From the IMG/VR virus record IMGVR_UViG_3300021399_000103, positions 1-64,000 of that record: a DNA stretch of 64,000 bases. One strand, given 5' to 3'. The DNA comes from a virus. Taxonomy: Duplodnaviria > Caudoviricetes. The position numbers and the translations under genes were made by a program. The notes beneath the pieces are model-generated. The model was not told the origin of the DNA and made no database searches. It saw nothing but the letters and a program-made list of their open reading frames with translations. The first letter of the stretch is position 1. Each line of letters opens with the position of its first letter. Of the stretch, positions 9,191 to 16,827 are shown in pieces.

Positions 9191-9391
9191 TTAATCTAAA
9201 ATTCCAAGATAAGCACCACAGAACATTACAATAATTACTGAAAGCAATCCGATTGCATACCATTTTTGCATGGTTTCAGTAGTTGCTTTTTCCCATTTTT
9301 TCATGATGAAGTATACACCGAATGGAGTTACCATAAGAACATAGCACAGAACAATAGTTGTAAAAGTGAATAATACCATTTTATCGAACAT
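9191..9391 (-). CDS. small membrane protein (2 TM)
   Basis: Two hydrophobic segments; own promoter. Confidence 0.65.
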   Translation of the reverse strand: MFDKMVLFTFTTIVLCYVLMVTPFGVYFIMKKWEKATTETMQKWYAIGLLSVIIVMFCGAYLGILD

Positions 9392-9568
9392 TTCATTTAC
9401 CTCTTTCTTTTTACACTATTATTATAGCACTGGTAATTTATTTGTCAATACTTATTTTCGGGATTTTTTTATTTTTTTTCTAAAAAATTTTTTATTTTTC
9501 TCTTGACATGCTGGCCCGGTTGTGCTATAATTTCGAAATGCCAGTTCGTAACACGATAAAAAAACTAC

Positions 9569-9688
9569 TTAGCAGTAGTTTTTAATGACTCTTACGAGTT
9601 TACCAAAGTTTTTCTCGTGGAATCTGATTTCAGCTTTGCTGAGCTTTCTAGCGAGCGCCTCGCCTCTTTCGAATACGTACAATGTCAT
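9569..9688 (-). CDS. 39-aa protein, paralog of 12148-12267
   Basis: MTLYVFERGEALARKLSKAEIRFHEKNFGKLVRVIKNYC. The paralog differs largely by synonymous changes. Confidence 0.75.
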   Translation of the reverse strand: MTLYVFERGEALARKLSKAEIRFHEKNFGKLVRVIKNYC

Positions 9689-9740
9689 TTTTTTATCTCC
9701 TTTTCTTTACACTTATATAATAGCATCTTTATTTTATCTG

Positions 9741-9869
9741 TCAAGCATTTTTTTTAATTTTTTGTAAATCTTTTAACATTTCCTCAAAGCATGGTGCATC
9801 TTTTTTCGGATCGCTCCAAGTACATTTACCATTTTTATTAAATGGACACTCCCAGTCATTACATTTCAT
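9741..9869 (-). CDS. small Cys-rich protein (42 aa)
   Basis: MKCNDWECPFNKNGKC...PC; TGA stop inside the next TTGACA. Confidence 0.6.
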   Translation of the reverse strand: MKCNDWECPFNKNGKCTWSDPKKDAPCFEEMLKDLQKIKKNA

Positions 9870-9946
9870 TTTTATTACCTCTTTCTTTTTACAATTATAT
9901 AATAGCGTATTTTTCTTATTTGTCAACACTTTTTATAAAAAAAATT

Positions 9947-10114
9947 TTAGAATTTTTCTAAAATTTTTACATTCGCAATGATGATAGCAATTGCCAACAG
10001 AATCACAGGAATTGCGTCAAGAGTGAAGTCATTGATTGATACCAAGCAGACACCAAGGAACATTGTGATTGTTTCAAGTGCGAAGCGGATTGACGGTCTA
10101 AGTGTTCTTTTCAT
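9947..10114 (-). CDS. small membrane protein (55 aa)
   Basis: Hand-translated MKRTLRPSIRFALE...; two hydrophobic stretches. Confidence 0.6.
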   Translation of the reverse strand: MKRTLRPSIRFALETITMFLGVCLVSINDFTLDAIPVILLAIAIIIANVKILEKF

Positions 10115-10303
10115 TTTTTTACCTCTCTTTTATTTACATTATTATTATAACATAATTATTTAAATTGTCAATACTTTATTTTTAGGAATTTTTATAAATT
10201 TTTTTATTTTTTTCATATTTTTCTCTTGACATTGCGGCCGGAGTGTGGTATAATTTTTCGACCCGTTAGCGGTAGCTAACTGCGCAAATAAAAAGCCTAT
10301 TAA

Positions 10304-10483
10304 TTAGGCAAAGAAATCTTTCATTGAAGGATGAGTAAACAAGACGTGATCCATTCCGATTTCATCAATGAATTCTTTGAAATCTTCAAAATCTTCCTCT
10401 CCATCAAAATCTTTTTCCGTGTATTCCTTAACCATAGGGAATTCATCTTCGTAAGCATCAAACAGAACTTTAAACAATGTCAT
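10304..10483 (-). CDS. highly acidic small protein (59 aa)
   Basis: Hand-translated; 18 of 59 residues are D/E. Confidence 0.65.
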   Translation of the reverse strand: MTLFKVLFDAYEDEFPMVKEYTEKDFDGEEDFEDFKEFIDEIGMDHVLFTHPSMKDFFA

Positions 10484-10569
10484 CTTTTTTACCTCTTTTC
10501 TTTTTACACTATTATTATAGCACCGGCATTTTATTTGTCAATACTTTTTTAATAAAAAAAGAAGATTTT

Positions 10570-10830
10570 TTAATCTTCTTTTGAGTGAATCAGCACAACG
10601 TTATTTAAATGTGTGTAATAAACCGCTCCATCTGTAAAGGTTACTTGTACCGCATCGCTATCTTCCCAATCTTTCCAACTTGAGACTTCACCTTCTACAA
10701 TTTCACCTGTTGGAAGATTGATAATTGCATAGTCGAAATTCCAAGTAGTATCAATGATTGTTCTGTTGCATCCTGTTAATGTTGCAACAATAGCGAGACC
10801 GCAGATAATTTTTGTAAGAATGTTTTTCAT
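10570..10830 (-). CDS. lipoprotein
   Basis: Signal peptide with an LTG-C lipobox. Confidence 0.75.
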   Translation of the reverse strand: MKNILTKIICGLAIVATLTGCNRTIIDTTWNFDYAIINLPTGEIVEGEVSSWKDWEDSDAVQVTFTDGAVYYTHLNNVVLIHSKED

Positions 10831-10922
10831 TTTTTCTACCTCTTTTCTTTACATTATTATTATAGCATAGTTGATAGTAATGTCAACACTTTTTTATAAA
10901 AAAAATAAGTTTTTACTTATTT

Positions 10923-11084
10923 TTAATTAACGAATCCTGTGAAGTATCCTTCTTCATCAAATTCAAACGTGATACCTTCATTGAATCCTGTGAAGATTGA
11001 GATGTTTCTTTCATCTTCATAATCAATTTCAGCGTCCGTGCAAGCGATTAAATCTCTGATATCGTCCATTGTGAATCTTCTCAT
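10923..11084 (-). CDS. small acidic protein (53 aa, MRRFTMDD...)
   Basis: Hand-translated; promoter + RBS. Confidence 0.6.
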   Translation of the reverse strand: MRRFTMDDIRDLIACTDAEIDYEDERNISIFTGFNEGITFEFDEEGYFTGFVN

Positions 11085-11176
11085 TTCTATTACCTCTTTT
11101 CTTTTTACATTATTATTATAGCATCTATTTATTTATTGTCAATACTTTTTTATAAAAAAAATAAGGAATTTTTTCC

Positions 11177-11326
11177 TTATTCCATTGAGAAGACTACATC
11201 AACTTCTTCTCTGTCTCTTTCAACTTCTACGTGAGGAAGTCCGCATCCGTTTCTTTCATCGAATACAAGAACTTGCGCATCTTGTGGAAGATTACTGAGC
11301 ATTTCCATTAATTCTCTAACTGTCAT
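11177..11326 (-). CDS. small hypothetical protein (49 aa, MTVRELMEMLSNLPQDAQV...)
   Basis: Common phage MTVxELxxxLxxxPxD N-terminus. Confidence 0.65.
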   Translation of the reverse strand: MTVRELMEMLSNLPQDAQVLVFDERNGCGLPHVEVERDREEVDVVFSME

Positions 11327-11517
11327 TTTATCACCTCTTTCTTTTTACACTTATATAATATCATCTTTATTTTATTTGTCAACACTTATTTTTAGGAAAA
11401 TACATAATTTTTTAAAATTTTTTTTATTTTTACTCTTGACTTCTGGCGTTGGATCTACTATAATTTTCTGCCGTTAGCGATAACTAACTCCGCAGATAAA
11501 AAAATAAACCTTTCGGT

Positions 11518-11673
11518 TTAGTAGTTTTCCCAAATTTCTTTGATAAACTTTTTGTCGTCAAGATCAGCGTCCCAACCATACTCACAAGTGATTTGATTGA
11601 TTCCTGACATGAATGCTTTCCATTCTTCTTCATTTAATTCCATGATTGCTTTTACGATTTCTTCTCTTTTCAT
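11518..11673 (-). CDS. small acidic protein (51 aa)
   Basis: Hand-translated; three Trp, all TGG. Confidence 0.6.
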   Translation of the reverse strand: MKREEIVKAIMELNEEEWKAFMSGINQITCEYGWDADLDDKKFIKEIWENY

Positions 11674-11752
11674 TTTCTTTACCTCTTTTCTTTTTACACT
11701 TTTATTATACTATCTTTTGGATTTTTGTCAATACCTTTTTTTAATTTTTTTA

Positions 11753-11905
11753 TTAATCTTTGCGGTAGATTTCTAACACGTAGACGTTAGGTTCACCGAT
11801 TTTTCTGCTCCAAGCAAATGCGGTGTTAGGATTGTTTTTAGCTACAGCCTTTTTGTAAGCGATAAGTTTGTATTCACTTGTGAATTCTTTTACGATCTTT
11901 TTCAT
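11753..11905 (-). CDS. small basic protein (50 aa)
   Basis: Hand-translated MKKIVKEFTSEY... Confidence 0.6.
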   Translation of the reverse strand: MKKIVKEFTSEYKLIAYKKAVAKNNPNTAFAWSRKIGEPNVYVLEIYRKD

Positions 11906-12147
11906 GTTTATTTCCTTCTTTCTTTTTACACTTATATAATAGCACCAGTTTCTTAAATGTCAACACTTTTTTGCAATTTTTTTAAAAAATTTTTTAGTTA
12001 GTTAGTCTAAACTAACTTAGCTGACTTTTGGGATCTCACACTTGTGAAAAAATTCACAAACTCTCGCAACGCTTTTATGCTTTAGTGCGCTAAAGTGCAA
12101 TTTTCTGCCGTTAGCGGCAGCTAACTAAAGCTAATAAAAAAACTGCC

Positions 12148-12267
12148 TTAGCAGTAGTTTTTTACAACTCTTACCAGTTTCCCGAACTGTTTTTCGTGGA
12201 ATCTGATTTCAGCCTTATTCAGTTTTCTTGCGAGTGCCTCGCCTCTTTCGAAGATGTAAAGTGTCAT
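12148..12267 (-). CDS. 39-aa protein, paralog of 9569-9688
   Basis: MTLYIFERGEALARKLNKAEIRFHEKQFGKLVRVVKNYC. Confidence 0.75.
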   Translation of the reverse strand: MTLYIFERGEALARKLNKAEIRFHEKQFGKLVRVVKNYC

Positions 12268-12357
12268 TTTGTATTTCCTCCTATTTCTTTTTACACTTAT
12301 ATAATAGCATCTTTATTTTTCTTGTCAATGCCTTTTTTAATTTTTTTTAGATTTTTT

Positions 12358-12434
12358 GATAAGCTCCTATGCAACTCCTATTGGATTGCAGGTCTGTCGC
12401 CCCTCGGCTATCCGACTCGCTCTCGGAGCTTATC
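12358..12434 (-). ncRNA. candidate small multi-branch RNA
   Basis: Perfect 10-bp closing stem GATAAGCTCC/GGAGCTTATC enclosing two hairpins; dedicated promoter; no ORF. Confidence 0.5.
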
Positions 12435-12676
12435 TCCCTTTATCTGTAATAATTATAGCAAATCCTCAGCGAATGTCAACACTTCTGAAGAAATTTTTTT
12501 AACAAATTTTAGTTAGTTAGCTTAAACTAACTTGTTAACTTGTGAATGTGATAACTTTCACAAACTCTGGTTAGTTTAAGCTAACTAACTTCATTGATTT
12601 AACGTGCTAAAGTTAGTTAGCCTAAACTAACTCAACTGACGCTTGTGAATTTTTTCACAAATGCTCCCGAAAAAAA

Positions 12677-12886
12677 TCAGGCTTGCCATTCGGCTACAGC
12701 CTGTCTGTACATCTCAGCCATTTTTGGAAACCCATGGCGATCAAGTTTTCTTGATTCGCACATAGCCCATTCAACGAACGGCCATTCGTCTTCCAGGAGA
12801 AGGCTCTCTTCGAGATCTTCCTGGTAGCAGTTCCAGATGTTGAGCATTACACGCTCATGGTAGTTCAATTCTTCGGCAAACATCAT
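12677..12886 (-). CDS. acidic protein, paralog of 13097-13312
   Basis: FAxELNxHExxMLNIW...AEWQA; ends in TGA. Confidence 0.75.
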   Translation of the reverse strand: MMFAEELNYHERVMLNIWNCYQEDLEESLLLEDEWPFVEWAMCESRKLDRHGFPKMAEMYRQAVAEWQA

Positions 12887-13096
12887 TTTGTATTCCTCCT
12901 TTATTTACCTTACACTATTATTATAGTCTTTTCTAAAAAGATGTCAACTAGTCTGAATAAATTTGTCGGTATTTTTTTAACTTTTTTTTGATAGTTATGA
13001 AAACTTTTTCATTGTGAATTTTTTCACAAGTTTACTCGCAATAGATCAGCCATTGAACTTGTGAAAAAATTCACAAGTTCTCCCAAAGAAAAACCG

Positions 13097-13312
13097 CTAG
13101 GCTTGCCATTCAGCTAATGCCATGCGGTAATCATCGGCGTATTCAGCCATGTCCTCAGATTCGTAGAACTCGATCTCGTCTCTGAGCCAATCAGCGAAGC
13201 CGTAATCCTCATCGACGTCATCGAGCAAGCCGTCGAAGCTAGCTGCCCAATACTCCATCCAGATGTTGAGCATTTTCTGCTCATGTGCGTTTAATTCAGC
13301 GAAACCTAACAT
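13097..13312 (-). CDS. very acidic protein (possible DNA mimic)
   Basis: About 30% D/E and aromatic-rich. Ends in TAG at the residue where its paralog ends in TGA. Confidence 0.75.
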   Translation of the reverse strand: MLGFAELNAHEQKMLNIWMEYWAASFDGLLDDVDEDYGFADWLRDEIEFYESEDMAEYADDYRMALAEWQA

Positions 13313-13573
13313 TTTTATTTCCTCCTATTTATCTTACACTTATTATTATAGTTATTTAGGTCTTGATGTCAACACTTCCGGCAAAAAAAATCACTTTTTT
13401 TCGCATTTTTTTTATTCACATTTTGAAAATGTTTTCATAAGTTTTACTAATAGATAGTTAGTTAGTCTAAACTAACTCGACAACTTTATAACTTTTACCT
13501 AGTTAGTTAGTCTAAACTAACTGCACTGAATCTTGTTCATTAACGCTTGTGAAAAAATTCACAAATTCACCCG

Positions 13574-13600
13574 TTAGCACTCAACCACTGAGAGTGCTAA
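13574..13600. promoter_or_regulatory. CIRCE element (HrcA operator)
   Basis: TTAGCACTC-AACCACTGA-GAGTGCTAA, exact consensus. Confidence 0.92.
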
Positions 13601-13905
13601 CGCACGGACTTTAATACATTAAAGTATTAAAGTTAGTTAGTCTAAACTAACTCTTCACCGCTTTAACGCACTAAAGTTAGTTAGCCTAAACTAACTGGTC
13701 GTACTTGTGAAAAAATTCACAAACTTTCCCGGCGAGTCACAAACATTCTCTGATTAGCTTGTGAATTTTTTCACAAATGAACCGCCCTGGCTCAGCCATT
13801 CCAAAAGAGAAACTTTGTGAAAAAATTCACAAATGAATAAGTTTTAATTATTCTTACTTTGTGAAAAAATTCACAAGTTCTCTCGCCTTGCCCAAGACCT
13901 GGCGA

Positions 13906-13932
13906 TTAGCACTCACTGCCTGCGAGTGCTAA
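13906..13932. promoter_or_regulatory. CIRCE element (HrcA operator)
   Basis: TTAGCACTC-ACTGCCTGC-GAGTGCTAA, exact consensus with a different spacer. Confidence 0.92.
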
Positions 13933-14094
13933 CACGCACATTCTAGCACACCTTACTCGATTTGTCAAGTGCTTTCGGGAATTTTTTATAAAAAATTTTT
14001 TTACAAATTTTTCTTGACTTTTTTGGTGGTGTGTGCTATACTGGCTAAACTTGCGCCGCCACACCCGCAGCCGGCGCAGGGACGCCTTTGTGGT

Positions 14095-15000
14095 GTAGCT
14101 GTAAGTAGTGTAAATATTAGTGTTGTGCTATTACTGTTACATTACTATCACTGTTGGTTATCTCTTCTCTTCTCTTCTTCTCTTGTTGTGCTATCTCTTA
14201 CTCTTGCTGTGTTGTCTATCTATCTATCTGTTAGTATGTATGTATACTGTTGTAGTATAGTATGTAGTACTACACTACTACTTATCTACTACCTACTGTC
14301 TACTACTACTACTACTGTTAGTACTGTTGTTAGTGTGTGTTATCTATCTATTTACTTATCTATCTATCTATCTATTACTGTTAATGTATGTATCATACTG
14401 TGTGTATAGTATAGTGTATGTATGTATACTATACTATGTGTGTAGTATACTGTGTGTATGTGTATAGTATAGTACATAGTATGTATAGTATAGTATAGTG
14501 TATAGTATACTATGTATGTATGTATTGTTATTATGTTGTATTGTTGTTGTTGTGTGTATGTCTTTGTGTGTGTTGTTGTTGTTGCTTGTGTGTTGTGTGT
14601 GTCTTTACTGTGTGTGTCTCTCTCCTTGCTGACGTCCTGCCTGGCCGTGCCCTCTGCCTCCCTGCCTGTGCCTCTCTTTGTGCTTACTTTGTTGGTTGAG
14701 TGTTTGGTTAGATGTGGTTATTATTATTACTATTATTTATTAATAATGTTGTGCGCTGACAGTGTCCTCTGTGCTGCGTGTAGGTTAGCTGTGTGCGCTT
14801 ACAGCAAGCCTTTGTGCTGCCTTGATGACCCAACGCCGCAACTCTCTTCTCTTCCTTGTTGCCTGCGTGTGTCTCTTACTACACTACCTTGTCATGCTGC
14901 TTGTGTATCTATTGCTTTGCGTGTATTATTACTTATTCTCTTGGTTGTGTGCGCGTCTTTACTGCGCACACGCTGTTGATTGCGTTAAGACTCTTTAAGG
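14095..15000. repeat. low-complexity strand-asymmetric microsatellite-like tract
   Basis: Imperfect (TATC)n, (CTA)n, (TATAG)n, (TGT)n and (TG)n runs. Confidence 0.85.
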
Positions 15001-15326
15001 AAAAGGATTGCGTTGTTTGTGCTCTTGGTTTTCGTCTGCTGAATTGCTGTAATTGATTTATTGCGAAAAAACCGCTCGCCATGATTGTTCGCGGCCCTAC
15101 GATCTTTTTAGGACGGCCCGGGCCCTTCCATAGTGTCTCTACGCGTCAGATTTTGCTGACCCATAAGCTACCTTGTGTGTTTTTTCTCAGATGAAAAACC
15201 CGGGGGCGTACTTTCGGGAAAAAATTTTTCTTAAAGAGCTAAATCGTTTCGCTCTCCCCATTCCCCCCACTAAAACCTTCCCAATTTTGGGAAAACGACA
15301 AAAAAAGTAGTTCCTACTACGAACTA

Positions 15327-15608
15327 CTATAATATTAACTTACTTCCCCCATCTTCCCAAGTTTCATTCAGCGCAACTACCCAATAAATCTTGCCATCTT
15401 CTTCCAAAATATGTAAGCAAGAATCCTCTGCCGACATATCTACCAATAAGCTACTACTTAACGCATTACTATCTAATCCATAATAACTTCTACTTGGATC
15501 TTGAAATATTAACGTTCCAGTAGGAACCACAATCTCTTTATCACTTACATGCCGATAGGGTATATTCAAATCTGCTAACAACTGATTAATCTTTTCTATT
15601 TTTTTCAT
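15327..15608 (-). CDS. hypothetical protein
   Basis: 93-aa ORF with AGGAG RBS. Confidence 0.6.
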   Translation of the reverse strand: MKKIEKINQLLADLNIPYRHVSDKEIVVPTGTLIFQDPSRSYYGLDSNALSSSLLVDMSAEDSCLHILEEDGKIYWVVALNETWEDGGSKLIL

Positions 15609-15648
15609 ATTTTTTCTCCTTCTAAAATTATACCATAAAATTAAAGAT

Positions 15649-15678
15649 TTGACAAGTGTGAAAAAAATCTGGTATAAT
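15649..15678 (+). promoter_or_regulatory. sigmaA-type promoter at the start of the morphogenesis arm
   Basis: TTGACA-18-TATAAT with TGG immediately before the -10. Confidence 0.65.
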
Positions 15679-15709
15679 TACATTGTAAAAGCTTTGGAGG
15701 AAAGAATTA

Positions 15710-16786
15710 GTGACTAAATTAGATTATAGTTTGAACTCTCCAGAAGAAAGACTTCAAGTAGTAAATCAAATCTTAGAAGAAAACCCCGACCCAGATCCTT
15801 ACTACCTAGAAATCCTAGCCGATTATTTAGTCTTCTGTATGGAGAAAGAGGAGAAAAAGGAGAAAAAAATTCTTACCGAAAATCGCTTAGCTACAGTAAA
15901 TAAAAGAGAAACATCTTATGAAGGATTAGTCTCTCAATTTGAGAATGGAGAGGATGGCGTCTATAATATAACTAACAATGATAAACACGTAATATTTCAG
16001 CCAAAGATTTCAATAACAGCAAAAGATAGAAAAGACATACCAGAATTACAACAAACCGACGAATCAATAAAATTTTGAGATAATCAAGTGCGCCATTCGG
16101 AAGGCAAAGATGCGTTTATTGCGAAAAAGGCTCTTATCGAAACTCGTAAAGACCAATATGTAATAAAACAAGCTATGAAGCCACCTGTACAAGCTTCCCA
16201 CTTAGTCCACTCAGAACATCATATTGAGTTCCCTGAAGAAATCTCATTTGACGAGGAGGGATATCCAGTAGCTACGGGGGTATCTTTAATGAATCCTACA
16301 ATTTGTTCTATTATACTTTGTAACTACTCAAAATTAAAGGAACGTAGTTGAGGCGATTTTTTTAGTGATACTTGATATCTCATGGAAGAATTTGATAAAG
16401 TATCTATGCGCGCGCTCGCTAAGTATCCCCTCTATTACCGCATTGTAGAGTGTAAAATAGACGGACTTCAAAACGCAGAGATACGTGATATTTTAGAAGA
16501 AGAATTTGGTATTAAGCATAGCTTAGAATACATCTCATCTTTATGGCGTAAAAAAATTCCTGGCTTAATAGCCTCCGCCGCAGAAGATGAATATCTTGAT
16601 TCTTATTATCTAAATGAAGAAAAAGGCAAATATAAAAGATGCAGCCGTTGCGGCCAGATTAAATTGGCTCACAACAAGTATTTCAGTAAAAATAAAACCA
16701 GTAAAGATGGCTTTTATAGCATTTGTAAAGAATGTCGTAATAAAAAAGTTAAAAAAATTGAACCTCCTTCGGTCAGAAAACTTTAA
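15710..16786 (+). CDS. HTH + C-terminal Zn-finger protein (358 aa, TGA=Trp)
   Basis: Three track ORFs in one frame joined by TGA. CSRC...CKEC motif. Confidence 0.75.
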
Positions 16787-16827
16787 TTACTGATTAAATA
16801 CATTAGAGTATAATAGGAGGATATTTT

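Larger units (their letters stand above)
11996..13932. repeat. array of host-type operator palindromes (Rex, CIRCE, GTTAG-N6-CTAAC, cre-like, CTTTA-N6-TAAAG)
   Basis: Perfect Rex boxes at 12042, 12643, 13012, 13059, 13547, 13705, 13759, 13815 and 13859. GTTAG-N6-CTAAC at 12001, 12110, 12516, 12570, 12616, 13461, 13506, 13636 and 13680. Confidence 0.85.

Noticed and set aside
73-13457. Plus-strand track ORFs such as 73-498, 1294-1656, 3653-3850, 3748-4272 and 12196-12516
   Set aside because: They are antisense shadows of RBS-bearing minus-strand genes or of the tRNA.
11996-13876. CRISPR array formed by the AGTTAGTTAG..TAAACTAACT or TTGTGAA..TTCACAA repeats
   Set aside because: The repeats are short (18-22 bp), irregularly spaced, in both orientations and interleaved with other motifs and genes. 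No cas genes are present.
13969-15056. Track ORFs of 146, 155 and 66 aa rich in Cys/Val/Tyr/Leu
   Set aside because: These are artefacts of the low-complexity tract and have no RBS.
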